The notes under the pieces: model-generated
Seen by the model: only the letters and a program-made list of their open reading frames with translations
Told to the model about the DNA's origin: nothing
Databases searched by the model: none
Shown here: one piece after another, positions 1 to 8,802 of the stretch
Position numbering within the stretch: position 1 is the stretch's first letter
Layout of the letters: each line of letters begins with the position of its first letter
Source of the DNA: Rhodothalassiaceae bacterium
GTDB lineage: Bacteria > Pseudomonadota > Alphaproteobacteria > Sphingomonadales > Rhodothalassiaceae
NCBI GenBank assembly: GCA_046753425.1
Contig: JBHHTO010000001.1
Coordinates: 1-42,681 of the forward strand
Direction of reading: 5' to 3'
DNA: 42,681 nt
Position numbers and translations under genes: made by a program

Positions 1-1545
1 TTCGCCCCCATCCTGCTCGCCGGGGTGACCGGCTCGGGCAAGACCGAGGTCTATTTCGAGGCCATCGCAGAAGCGCTCGCCGCGCCGGCAGGGCAGGTGC
101 TCGTCCTGCTGCCCGAGATCGCCCTCACCAGCCAGTGGCTGGACCGCTTTTGCGAGCGCTTCGGTGCCGAACCGGCGCCGTGGCACTCCGACCTTGCGCT
201 GGCGGCGCGGCGCCGCACCTGGCTCGGCACGGCAGATGGGTCGGTGCGCGTCGTGGTCGGCGCGCGCTCGGCACTTTTCCTGCCCTTCCGCGACCTGCGT
301 CTGATCGTCGTCGACGAGGAACACGATCCCTCCTACAAGCAGGATGAAGCTGTCTGCTATCACGCCCGCGACATGGCGGTGGTACGGGCGTCGATCGAGG
401 GCATACCGGTGGCGCTGGCCTCGGCGACGCCGTCGCTCGAGACCCTGGCCAATGTCGCGCGCGGCCGCTACCGGCGGCTCGATCTCGCGGATCGTCATGG
501 CGGCGCCGCGATGCCGGTCATCGCCGCGATCGATCTGCGCGCGGCGGGTCCCGAGCCGGGGCAGTGGATCGCGCCGGCACTCGCCGGGGCGACCACGGAG
601 ACCCTCGAACGCGGCGAACAGACGCTGCTCTTCCTCAATCGCCGCGGCTATGCGCCGGTGACCCTGTGCCGCGCCTGCGGCGGGCGACTCGAATGCCCGC
701 GCTGCACCGCCTGGCTCGTCGATCATCGCTATACCGGGCGGGTCACCTGCCATCATTGCGGCTACAGCCTTGCCCGACCGCACAACTGTGCCGCCTGCGG
801 CAGCGCCGATACGCTGGTGCCCTGCGGTCCCGGCGTCGAGCGCCTTGCCGAGGAGGTAGCGCGGCGCTGGCCGGAGGCCCGGCTTGCAGTCCTGAGCAGC
901 GACACCGCGGGCAGCCCGGAGCGGCTGCGGGAGCTTGTCGCGCGCATCGAGGCCGGCGCCATCGACATCGTGATCGGCACCCAGATCGTGACCAAGGGCT
1001 ATCACTTCCCGCGCCTGACCCTGGTCGGCGTCATCGATGCCGATCTCGGCCTCAGGGGCGGTGACCTGCGTGCCGGCGAGCGTACCTACCAGCAGATCAT
1101 GCAGGTGGCCGGGCGGGCCGGACGTGCGGCGCATCCGGGTCGCGTGCTGCTGCAGACCTACGACCCCGATCATCCGGTGACCGCCGCCCTCATCGCCGGC
1201 GACGAGGCGGCCTTTCTCGCCCGCGAGGCGGAGGCCCGGCAGCGCGCCGGCATGCCGCCATTCGGCCGTCTCGCGGCGCTGCTGCTGTCGGCACGCCGGG
1301 AGGAGATGGTGCGCGAGGCGGCAAACCGGCTGGCGCGCGCCATTCCCCGCACCCCGGGGATCGAGGTCTTCGGTCCGGCGCCGGCGCCGCTCGCCCGCCT
1401 GCGCGGCCGGTTCCGCTACCGTTTTCTCGTCAAGGCCCGGCGCGAGGTGGCGCTGCAGGCCTTCCTGCGGCGCTGGCTTGCCGCGGTCGCGATGCCGGGC
1501 AGCGTCCGTCTCAGGGTCGACGTCGATCCGCAGAGCTTCCAATAG
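1..1545 (+). CDS. priA: Primosomal protein N' (replication restart helicase PriA), 5' end cut by window edge
   Basis: The frame is open from base 1 ([20 protein letters not shown], Walker A GSGKT), so the M listed at 25 is an internal GTG. It has the DEEH box (VVDEEHD), a Cys-rich zinc insert ([16 protein letters not shown]...CHHCGY...CAACGS) and helicase C motifs ([19 protein letters not shown]). Confidence 0.92.
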   Translation, partial: FAPILLAGVTGSGKTEVYFEAIAEALAAPAGQVLVLLPEIALTSQWLDRFCERFGAEPAPWHSDLALAARRRTWLGTADGSVRVVVGARSALFLPFRDLRLIVVDEEHDPSYKQDEAVCYHARDMAVVRASIEGIPVALASATPSLETLANVARGRYRRLDLADRHGGAAMPVIAAIDLRAAGPEPGQWIAPALAGATTETLERGEQTLLFLNRRGYAPVTLCRACGGRLECPRCTAWLVDHRYTGRVTCHHCGYSLARPHNCAACGSADTLVPCGPGVERLAEEVARRWPEARLAVLSSDTAGSPERLRELVARIEAGAIDIVIGTQIVTKGYHFPRLTLVGVIDADLGLRGGDLRAGERTYQQIMQVAGRAGRAAHPGRVLLQTYDPDHPVTAALIAGDEAAFLAREAEARQRAGMPPFGRLAALLLSARREEMVREAANRLARAIPRTPGIEVFGPAPAPLARLRGRFRYRFLVKARREVALQAFLRRWLAAVAMPGSVRLRVDVDPQSFQ

Positions 1546-1617
1546 ATCGCGCCGGAGCGGTATGAAAGCCGATCCGGCACGCTCCTGTTCTTGCCAGGGC
1601 TTGCGGCAGGGTGGCCG

Positions 1618-1989
1618 CTACTGCAGCACCCAGGTCAGCGGCAGGACGAAGGTGAGCTGCTCGTCGGAGACCTCTGACGGCGGCTTGGGAAGCGGGTCGA
1701 TCCGCCGCATCAGCTTCGGCACCTCGCGGTCGAGCTCGTTATGGCCTGTCGCCTGGATGATCTCGAAATTCGCGATCTTGCCGCTGCGATCGACGGTGAC
1801 GCGGACCTTGGCGCTGCCCTCGATCTCGCGCCGGAGCGCCGAACGCGGATAGACCTGCTTCGACGCCACCGCCTTGGCGATCAAGTGTTGCCAGGACCTC
1901 AGACCACCGGCCAGTGCCCCGGAGGACGCCATCGCCGAGGTGATCACCACGATCATGGCAAGTGCCAGTCCTTGCAGCACGTATTTCAT
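1618..1989 (-). CDS. Small secreted TonB C-terminal-domain protein
   Basis: I start it at the internal ATG (MKYVLQGLALAMIVVITSAMA, signal-like) of ORF 1618..2103. The C-terminal region VYPRSALRREIEGSAKVRVTVDRSGKIANFEIIQATGHNELDREV matches the TonB_C fold signature. It has no Pro-rich spacer or TonB N-terminal anchor. Confidence 0.65.
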   Translation of the reverse strand: MKYVLQGLALAMIVVITSAMASSGALAGGLRSWQHLIAKAVASKQVYPRSALRREIEGSAKVRVTVDRSGKIANFEIIQATGHNELDREVPKLMRRIDPLPKPPSEVSDEQLTFVLPLTWVLQ

Positions 1990-2179
1990 GAGTCTTTGCC
2001 CCTTCCTTGCGCATATCATTCTGTCTGCTCGTTCCGCGGGCGGGCTCCGCGAGGGCCGGTCGTGGGCTCTTCTGCCGCCTCGCCTGACGGAGGCTAGCCG
2101 CAATCCGTAAAACTGTACTTAAGGGACATGCTTAAGGGCGGTTTACCCTTGCGCGCGGGCGGCGGTGGGCCGATCGGCG

Positions 2180-2207
2180 CTTGCCTCGCCGCGGCGGGCG
2201 ACTATAG
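2180..2207 (+). promoter_or_regulatory. Putative sigma70-type promoter for tRNA-Ser (CTTGCC-N16-CTATAG)
   Basis: The hexamers resemble the alphaproteobacterial consensus CTTGAC-N17-CTATAT and lie about 50 nt upstream of the tRNA 5' end. This is sequence resemblance only. Confidence 0.3.
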
Positions 2208-2256
2208 TGCGCAGCGATTCCGCGCCGCCGTCATCCCGGGACGCCGGCGCCTTTGC

Positions 2257-2346
2257 GGAGCGGTGGCCGAGTGGTTTAAGGCGCACGCCTGGAGAGCGTG
2301 TTGGGGCGGAAGCCCCTCGAGGGTTCGAATCCCTCCCGCTCCGCCA
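2257..2346 (+). tRNA. tRNA-Ser (anticodon GGA), class II with long variable arm, CCA encoded
   Basis: Acceptor GGAGCGG pairs with CCGCTCC. The anticodon stem is CACGC/GCGTG with loop CTGGAGA, giving anticodon GGA. The long variable arm is TTGGGGCGGAAGCCCCTCG, the T arm is GAGGGTTCGAATCCCTC, and the discriminator G is followed by CCA. Confidence 0.95.
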
Positions 2347-2663
2347 CCTGTCGATGCGACGCGTAACCGGACATTTTTCAACCACTCCCCGCCGTTCCCG
2401 GCCCACACCTTCCCCGCCGGTCCCGCGTGCGGGCGCAATCACTTCTTCGGGCAACGCTGTAGAGGGCTCGGCACCGGACCGACCTCCCATCGTGTCGCCC
2501 TCGATGATCGCTTTTATCGATCTATAACATCAAGAAAATCGACTTCTAAACTTAACGCGCGCATGCTAGACAGATGCCGAACCGCGGGCCGTGGCGACGA
2601 GGTGCCTCGCCCGCGGGATGCGCGTGTCGCGCATGGCAACCAAAGAGCAAGGAGGAACGAGAG

Positions 2664-3086
2664 ATGCCAAGCCTCAAGGGAAGCAGGACGGAAGAGAATC
2701 TGAAGGCTGCCTTCGCCGGCGAGTCGCAGGCCAACCGGCGCTATCTCTATTTCGCACAGAAGGCCGATGTCGAGGGCTATAACGACGTCGCCGCCGTCTT
2801 CCGCTCAACCGCGGAGGGCGAGACCGGCCATGCCTTCGGCCATCTGCAGTTCCTCGAGGAGGTCGGCGATCCGGCGACCGGCAAGCCGATCGGCGGCACG
2901 GCGAGCAATCTCGAGGCCGCGATCGCCGGCGAGACCTATGAATACACCGACATGTATCCCGGCATGGCGCGCACCGCGCGCGAGGAGGGTTTCGACGAGA
3001 TCGCCGACTGGTTCGAGACGCTCGCCAAGGCCGAGAAGTCGCACGCCGGTCGCTTCACCAGGGCGCTCGAGGGACTCGACGCCTAG
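2664..3086 (+). CDS. Rubrerythrin-family diiron protein (140 aa, no rubredoxin domain)
   Basis: The start ATG is preceded by [30 protein letters not shown] is a typical rubrerythrin N-terminus. The diiron ligand pattern E...ExxH...E...ExxH is present ([25 protein letters not shown]). Confidence 0.88.
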   Translation: MPSLKGSRTEENLKAAFAGESQANRRYLYFAQKADVEGYNDVAAVFRSTAEGETGHAFGHLQFLEEVGDPATGKPIGGTASNLEAAIAGETYEYTDMYPGMARTAREEGFDEIADWFETLAKAEKSHAGRFTRALEGLDA

Positions 3087-3236
3087 TCGCCCGGTACCGT
3101 CCCCGAAGGCAGATATGCCGACGGCCCGCACCGCCGCCGCCGGCGGGCGGGTTCGGCCCCGGACCGGACAGGGACGCGGCGCGCGTTGCGGCGTGATCCA
3201 TCGCCATCAAGCGCTGCAGGAAGGAGGGCAGACGTC

Positions 3237-4580
3237 ATGCGGGAAGGCAGCCTCGAGGCGCCGACACGTCATCCCATCGCGTGGCGGGAGGAGGCCTATT
3301 ACGATGCCGACGCGATCGACGCCGAGCTGCGCCGGGTCTTCGACATCTGTCACAGTTGCCGGCGCTGCTTCAATCTCTGCGACGCCTTTCCGCGGCTCTT
3401 CGACCTCATCGACGAATCAGCGACCGGCGAGCTCGATTCCGTGGATTCGAAGGACTTCAAGCCGGTCGTCGACGCCTGCACGCTGTGCGACATGTGCTTC
3501 ATGACCAAGTGCCCCTATGTGCCGCCGCACGAATTCGACATCGACTTTCCGCATCTCATGCTGCGCTACCGGGCGGCGGAGCTACGCCTCGGCGCGCGGC
3601 CACGCATCGATCGCGAGCTGGCGAAGACCGACCGCAACGGTCGCATCGGCACCCGGCTTGCCCCGCTCGCCAACTGGGCGACCCGGCGCGACAACGGCCT
3701 CACCCGGCCGCTGATCGAGGCCCTGGCGGACATCGATCGCAATGCGGAAATCCCGCCCTTTGCGCCGGCGCCGGCGGTCATCGGCGCGGACGCCGAGCCG
3801 CCCGCTCTCAATCGCGCCGCACCCGCCTACGGCCAGCGCCGCGCCGTGCTCTACGCCACCTGCTTTGGCAATTACAACGACCAGCGCCCGCTCGCCGCGG
3901 CGCGTACAGTATTGGCCCACAATGGCGTCGAGACGGTGGTCCGCCACCCCGCCTGCTGTGGCATGCCGAAACTCGAGAACGGCGATCTTGCGGGCGTCGC
4001 CGCCGCAGCCGGAGAGGTCGCGGCCGATCTCCTGCCGTTCATCGACGACGGCTTCGATATCATCGCGGTCGTGCCCTCCTGCGCGCTGATGCTGAAATTC
4101 GAATGGCCGCTCATCCTGCCCGATGACGACCGCATCCGGCGCCTCGCCACGGCGACCTTCGACGTCGCGGAATATGTCCTCGACATAAAGAAGCGTCATG
4201 GCCTCGTGGACGGCCTCGCGCCGCTCGCGGGCGGCATCAGCGTGCATCTCGCCTGCCATGCGCGGGCGCAGAACATGGGCGCCAAGGCGGCCGAGATGCT
4301 GCGCCTCATCCCCGGGACCGGGATCACGGTCGTCGAGCGCTGCTCCGGGCATGGCGGCAAATGGGGTATGATGAAGGCGCATTTCGCAACCGCCTCGAAG
4401 GTCGGGCGGCCCGCCGCGCGGCGCCAGAAGGAGAGCGGCGCGGCACATCGCTGCTCGGAATGCCCGCTCGCCGGCATCCATCTCGAACAGCTTGTCGAAG
4501 GCGAGGCGGCGACAAGCAAGCGCCTGCGTCAGCCGCACCCGATCGAGCTCCTCGCCGAGAGCTACGGGCTGTCATTCTGA
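3237..4580 (+). CDS. (Fe-S)-binding oxidoreductase, HdrD/GlpC-like with CCG domains
   Basis: Two ferredoxin-type cluster motifs are present (CHSCRRCFNLCDAFP and CTLCDMCFMTKCPYVPP). They are followed by a cysteine-rich CCG domain (HPACCGMP) and a degenerate second copy (ERCSGHGG). I chose the start at MREGSLEAP after GGAAGGAGGG. Confidence 0.8.
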   Translation: MREGSLEAPTRHPIAWREEAYYDADAIDAELRRVFDICHSCRRCFNLCDAFPRLFDLIDESATGELDSVDSKDFKPVVDACTLCDMCFMTKCPYVPPHEFDIDFPHLMLRYRAAELRLGARPRIDRELAKTDRNGRIGTRLAPLANWATRRDNGLTRPLIEALADIDRNAEIPPFAPAPAVIGADAEPPALNRAAPAYGQRRAVLYATCFGNYNDQRPLAAARTVLAHNGVETVVRHPACCGMPKLENGDLAGVAAAAGEVAADLLPFIDDGFDIIAVVPSCALMLKFEWPLILPDDDRIRRLATATFDVAEYVLDIKKRHGLVDGLAPLAGGISVHLACHARAQNMGAKAAEMLRLIPGTGITVVERCSGHGGKWGMMKAHFATASKVGRPAARRQKESGAAHRCSECPLAGIHLEQLVEGEAATSKRLRQPHPIELLAESYGLSF

Positions 4581-4595
4581 ACCCGGAGACCGCCT

Positions 4596-5192
4596 ATGCC
4601 GAAGAGCCTGCGCAGCCTCACGCGTGACGACATCCTGCCGCTCGCGGACTATGCGCGGATGCGGTCCGACAAGCGCCGCGAGATGATCGCGAGGAAGCGC
4701 CGGCGGCGCCTCATGGTCGGCCCCCACGCGACGGTGCTGTTCGAGAACTGGGACACCATGTGGTACCAGGTCCACGAGATGCTGATCACCGAAGGCGGCG
4801 GCGAGGCGCAGATCGCCGACGAGCTCGCCGCCTATGCGCCGCTCGTGCCCGATGGCCGCGAGCTCGTCGCCACCGTCATGCTCGAGATCGAGGATCCGGC
4901 GCGACGCGAGCGTATTCTCGCACAACTCGGCGGTATTGAGCATCGCATGCACATCCGCTTCGCGGGCGAGGACGTCACGGGCGTACCGGAAGCGGACGTC
5001 GACCGCTCGACGCCCGAGGGCCGCACCTCGTCGGTCCATTTCCTGCATTTCCGCATGACGCCGGAGCAGGCGGAAAAGTTCAGGGCGACTGACGGACCGG
5101 TGATTTTCGCTATCGAGCATCCCAACTACCGCCACATAGCGGTCATCCCGCCCGAGAGTCTTGACGAGATCCGGCAGGATCTCGGCGACTGA
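4596..5192 (+). CDS. DUF3501 family protein
   Basis: The 198-aa product (…VGPHATVLFENWDTMWYQVHEMLITEGG…VHFLHFRMTPEQ…) matches my recollection of DUF3501. It starts 15 nt after the Fe-S gene, which fits an operon. Confidence 0.7.
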   Translation: MPKSLRSLTRDDILPLADYARMRSDKRREMIARKRRRRLMVGPHATVLFENWDTMWYQVHEMLITEGGGEAQIADELAAYAPLVPDGRELVATVMLEIEDPARRERILAQLGGIEHRMHIRFAGEDVTGVPEADVDRSTPEGRTSSVHFLHFRMTPEQAEKFRATDGPVIFAIEHPNYRHIAVIPPESLDEIRQDLGD

Positions 5193-5247
5193 GGACCGAT
5201 CGCGGCGGCAGGCGCAGGAACCACGGATCGCCGGGCGGGATCCGGAC

Positions 5248-5284
5248 TTGCAATTCCTGGCCTTGAAACGATATCATGATATCG
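5248..5284 (+). promoter_or_regulatory. vapBC promoter (TTGCAA-N18-TATCAT) overlapped by a perfect 16-bp palindromic operator CGATATCATGATATCG (5269..5284)
   Basis: The palindrome was read directly from the sequence. It sits 17 nt upstream of the antitoxin ATG and covers the -10 element. This is the classic arrangement for antitoxin autorepression. Confidence 0.55.
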
Positions 5285-5300
5285 ACACTGGAGACGCCCG

Positions 5301-5549
5301 ATGGCGCAGTTGCTCGTGCGCAAACTGGAAGACGATGTGAAGGCGAAGCTCAAGCGGCGCGCCCGCCGGCATGGCCGCAGCACCGAGGAAGAGGTGCGCG
5401 AAATCCTGCGCAGCGCGGTTCGACATGAAGATCGCTCTTGCCTGCCGCTCGGGACGCGGATCGGCGCCCGCTTTGCCGCAATCGGACTTGACGAGGACAT
5501 TCCCGAACAGCGCGGCCAGTTGGCGCGGCCGGGCGACCTCGCTTCGTGA
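5301..5549 (+). CDS. vapB: Type II antitoxin, FitA/VapB-like ribbon-helix-helix
   Basis: The N-terminus is MAQLLVRKLEDDVKAKLKRRARRHGRSTEEEVREILR (RHH/Arc-like). The stop overlaps the toxin start (GTGA). Confidence 0.85.
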   Translation: MAQLLVRKLEDDVKAKLKRRARRHGRSTEEEVREILRSAVRHEDRSCLPLGTRIGARFAAIGLDEDIPEQRGQLARPGDLAS

Positions 5550-5980
5550 TCCTGCTCGACACCAATGTGCTTTCCGCGCTGATGCAGCGCACCCCCGACC
5601 CGACGGTGATCATTTGGCTCGACGAGCAACCGGCCGAATCGGTCTGGACCACCGCCATCACCGTTTTCGAAATCCGCTTCGGGCTCGAGAACCTCGCGCC
5701 GGGCCGGCGCAGAAAAAGGCTGGAGGACGCCTTTCGTCTCATGATCGCGGAGGATCTCGAAGGCCGCGTGCTGCCCTTCGATGGCGTGGCGGCGGAAACA
5801 GCCGGGGAGATCGCGGCGGCGCAGCGCCGGCGCGGGCGTCCGCTGGACATGCGCGATGTCCAGATCGCCAGCATCGCCGCGGCCCGCAAGGCGACGCTTG
5901 CGACCCGCAACACGCGCCATTTCGAGATGACGGGACTCACCCTGGTCGATCCCTGGTCGGGTCGGAGCCCCCATCCGTGA
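5546..5980 (+). CDS. vapC: Type II toxin, PIN-domain ribonuclease VapC/FitB-like
   Basis: MILLDTNVLSAL carries the first acidic PIN residue. Further PIN acidic positions appear in ...FEI..., ...DVQIASIA... and ...TRNTRHF. The 144-aa gene has a 4-nt overlap with vapB. Confidence 0.88.
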   Translation: MILLDTNVLSALMQRTPDPTVIIWLDEQPAESVWTTAITVFEIRFGLENLAPGRRRKRLEDAFRLMIAEDLEGRVLPFDGVAAETAGEIAAAQRRRGRPLDMRDVQIASIAAARKATLATRNTRHFEMTGLTLVDPWSGRSPHP

Positions 5981-6045
5981 CGCTATGCATTTCGGGCTGA
6001 AACCGGGGCATCGGGTCCTGATCCCCTGAACGGAGGAACACAGCC

Positions 6046-7467
6046 ATGTCGAGCCTCGATCCGCAGGATCTTTTCTGTTCCGACGACGATGGCGCTGCGG
6101 TGCCGCTGCTGCCGCTCGACGCGGCCGGGCTCGCCGCATGGCAAGGGGCGGCGGACGAAAGCGCCCGGCGCTGGGCGGAGACGGCGACGTTTTCGGCTGC
6201 ACAGGGCGCGGTCCTGACCCTGCCCGGCGAGGACGGCAGGCTGGCCGCGGTCCTTGTTGGCCTTGGCGCCGAGGCGTCACCGGACACGCTTGCCGATCCC
6301 TGGCTCTGGGCCGGCGTCGCCGAGACCGTCCCGGCGCAACATTATCGCCTGCCCGACGACCTCGCCGCGGATGCAACACGGCTCGCGGCGCTCGGCTGGG
6401 CGCTGGCGCAATACCGCTTCGACCGCTATCGCGCACCGGAGGCGGCCCCGGCGCCAAAAAGGCTGTGCCGTCCCGCGGCGCTCGATCTCGACGCCCTCGC
6501 TGCCGACATCGCCGCCATCACCCGCGTGCGCGATCTCGTCAACACCCCGACCAACGAAATGGGACCGGCGACCCTCGCCGCCGCGGCGGAAGAGATTGCG
6601 CAGCGCCATGGCGCCGCGATCGATACCACCATCGGCGACGAACTTCTCGCGCGCAACCTGCCGGCCATCCACGCTGTCGGGCGTGCCGCCGCCGAGGCGC
6701 CGCGGCTGATTGATCTTCGCTGGGGCGAGGAGACGGCCCCCAGGGTCACCCTCGTCGGCAAGGGCGTCTGTTTCGATACGGGCGGCCTCGACCTCAAGGG
6801 GGCAAAGGCGATGCGTCTGATGAAAAAGGACATGGGCGGCGGTGCGCATGCGCTCGCGCTTGGCGAGCGGATCATGGCGGCCGGCCTGCCGGTGCGTCTG
6901 CGCGTGCTCGTGCCGGCGGTCGAGAATGCCGTCTCCGGCAAGGCCTATCGCCCCGGTGACGTCATCGCCACCCGCAAGGGACTCCGCATCGAGATCGACA
7001 ATACCGACGCCGAGGGCCGCGTCGTGCTCGCCGACGCGCTGGCGCTCGCCGACGAGGAGACGCCGGATATCCTGATCGACTTCGCGACCCTCACCGGCGC
7101 CGCGCGGGTGGCGCTCGGGCCCGACCTGCCGGCGCTGTTCACGCCCGACGAGGCGCTTGCCACCGCCCTCGCCGCGACGGCCGCGCGCGAACGCGATCCC
7201 TTGTGGCGCCTGCCGCTCTGGCAGCCCTATCTCGCGGAGCTGAAGAGCGACATCGCGGACATGGCCAATGCGGCGCCGGGTCCTTTCGCCGGCGCGATCA
7301 CCGCCGCGCTCTTTCTCGGCCGCTTCGTCGAGCGGGCGAAAACCTGGGCGCATCTAGACCTTTATGCCTGGAACCAGAAACCGCGCCCCGGGCGCCCCGC
7401 GGGCGGCGAGGCGATGAGCCTGCGTGCCGTCTTCGTGGTGCTGGCCGATCGGTACGGGCGTTCTTAG
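6046..7467 (+). CDS. Leucyl aminopeptidase family protein (peptidase M17)
   Basis: The motifs VGKGVCFDTGGLDLKG and NTDAEGRVVLADAL are M17 signature blocks. A GGAGGA RBS lies upstream. Confidence 0.88.
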   Translation: MSSLDPQDLFCSDDDGAAVPLLPLDAAGLAAWQGAADESARRWAETATFSAAQGAVLTLPGEDGRLAAVLVGLGAEASPDTLADPWLWAGVAETVPAQHYRLPDDLAADATRLAALGWALAQYRFDRYRAPEAAPAPKRLCRPAALDLDALAADIAAITRVRDLVNTPTNEMGPATLAAAAEEIAQRHGAAIDTTIGDELLARNLPAIHAVGRAAAEAPRLIDLRWGEETAPRVTLVGKGVCFDTGGLDLKGAKAMRLMKKDMGGGAHALALGERIMAAGLPVRLRVLVPAVENAVSGKAYRPGDVIATRKGLRIEIDNTDAEGRVVLADALALADEETPDILIDFATLTGAARVALGPDLPALFTPDEALATALAATAARERDPLWRLPLWQPYLAELKSDIADMANAAPGPFAGAITAALFLGRFVERAKTWAHLDLYAWNQKPRPGRPAGGEAMSLRAVFVVLADRYGRS

Positions 7468-7512
7468 TCGTATCTTAACCATGAATTCGGTACGCTCGCG
7501 TAACGATTCGTC

Positions 7513-7887
7513 ATGATCGGGAGCCGAGACGACAGCATGACCGACACCGCTTCACCCGATCCGCTCGCGCTCTGGCGCGAAGCGCTCATGCGCAGCGTCC
7601 GCTCGGAGGCGCCCGATCTCTCGACCCGCCAGATGGCGATCCTGCTCGCGGTCTACACGACGCCGCCGCCGCACACGGTGCGCGGGCTTGCCGCCGCGCT
7701 CGGGGTCGCCAAGCCGGTCATCAGCCGCGCTCTCGACACATTGGGCGCGCACGGGCTTCTCAAACGCAAGCGCGACGCGCGCGATCGTCGCAATGTCCTC
7801 GTGCAGCGCACGGTACGGGGGGCCGTGTTCCTCAGCGAATTTCGCGATCTCGTGAGCGCCGCCCGGCGGTCCGCAGAGGCGGCGTGA
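7513..7887 (+). CDS. MarR-family transcriptional regulator
   Basis: Winged-helix region: LSTRQMAILLAVYTTPPPHTVRGLAAALGVAKPVISRALDTLGAHGLLKRKRDARDRRNVLVQRT. The start is ambiguous (7513 or 7537). Confidence 0.8.
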   Translation: MIGSRDDSMTDTASPDPLALWREALMRSVRSEAPDLSTRQMAILLAVYTTPPPHTVRGLAAALGVAKPVISRALDTLGAHGLLKRKRDARDRRNVLVQRTVRGAVFLSEFRDLVSAARRSAEAA

Positions 7888-7894
7888 GCCGGGT

Positions 7895-8782
7895 ATGGCC
7901 GCTCCACCTTCCCATGATCCCCGCATCACCCCGGCGCGGCCCGACCTCGCCGCCGCCTATCTCGCCGACACCGTTGCCGCGGCGCGCTATGCCGAAGGCG
8001 AGGCCTTTCATATCAACGCCAGCGCCGCCGCCCTGCGGCAGGAGCCGCGGACCGACGCGCCGCTCCTCAGCGAACTGCTCCATGGCGAAAATGTCACCGT
8101 ATATGAAATCCGCGGCGACTGGGCCTGGGGCCAGGCGGCGCGGGATGGCTATGTCGGCTATCTGCGCCGCGACGCCCTCGCGCCCGGCGCCCGCGATCCG
8201 AGCCATATGGTGACGACCCTGTTCGCGCAGGTCTATTCAGCGCCCGACCTCAAGGCGCCGGCGCGACTCACGGTGCCGCTGGCGGGACTGCTCGTTGTCG
8301 CGCGGACGGAGGAGGAGGAGCCGTTCGCGCCGCTCGCCGCCGGGGGCGGCTGGGTCAGCCGGCGCCAGATCGCCGCCCTCTCGGCGCCGGTACGGGACCC
8401 GGTTGCGGTTGCCGAGCTGTTCCTCGGCGCGCCCTATCTCTGGGGCGGGCGCACCGCGCTCGGGCTCGACTGCAGCGCGCTCGTGCAGCTCGCGCTGGCG
8501 CTCGCGGGTATCGCCCTGCCCCGCGATTCGGACCTGCAGCGCGCCGCCTGTCAGGAGGAGCTGGCGACACCGGTGGCGCGATCGGAAGCGCGGCGTGGCG
8601 ATATCGCCTTCTTCCCCGGCCATGTCGGTCTCATGTGCGACGGCACGCGCCTTTTGCACGCCAACGCCACCCACATGGCGGTGAGCACTGATCCGCTGGA
8701 CGAAGTCGTCGCCCGGCTCGCGCGCGAGCACGACCCGGCCTTTCTCGGGCTCTATCGCCCGCGCGTGCGGATTCTCGCTTGA
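7895..8782 (+). CDS. NlpC/P60 (C40) cell-wall peptidase with N-terminal SH3-like domain
   Basis: The catalytic Cys block is GGRTALGLDCSALVQ and the His block is GDIAFFPGHVGLM. The upstream SH3b-like segment is GENVTVYEIRGDWAWGQAARDGYVGYL. Confidence 0.85.
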   Translation: MAAPPSHDPRITPARPDLAAAYLADTVAAARYAEGEAFHINASAAALRQEPRTDAPLLSELLHGENVTVYEIRGDWAWGQAARDGYVGYLRRDALAPGARDPSHMVTTLFAQVYSAPDLKAPARLTVPLAGLLVVARTEEEEPFAPLAAGGGWVSRRQIAALSAPVRDPVAVAELFLGAPYLWGGRTALGLDCSALVQLALALAGIALPRDSDLQRAACQEELATPVARSEARRGDIAFFPGHVGLMCDGTRLLHANATHMAVSTDPLDEVVARLAREHDPAFLGLYRPRVRILA

Positions 8783-8802
8783 AAGATGCCGGCGCCGCCG
8801 GT

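Noticed and set aside
2118-2138. A CtrA box (TTAA-N7-TTAAC) in the CTTAAGGG repeats.
   Set aside because: The two TTAA cores are separated by 9 nt, not 7, and the second is followed by GGG rather than C.
2544-2550. A full Irr iron-control element upstream of rubrerythrin.
   Set aside because: Only the right half (TTCTAAA) is present. The expected left half 10 nt upstream reads GAAAATC and does not match TTTAGAA.
2257-2663. tRNA-Ser as an integration site for a genomic island.
   Set aside because: There is no integrase gene. I noticed no duplicated copy of the tRNA 3' end elsewhere in the window. The downstream genes (the rubrerythrin operon) have host-like composition.
5126-6457. A 443-aa minus-strand ORF spanning the vapBC and M17 peptidase region. 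Similar antisense ORFs occur at 6277..7353, 12341..13477, 14061..15074, 25053..26456, 31026..32684, 32745..33890, 34218..35426, 35273..36163, 36189..37175, 38250..39458 and 40249..41655.
   Set aside because: All overlap genes with strong family signatures on the opposite strand. All translate to Arg/Pro/Gly/Ala-rich sequence typical of non-coding frames in GC-rich DNA.
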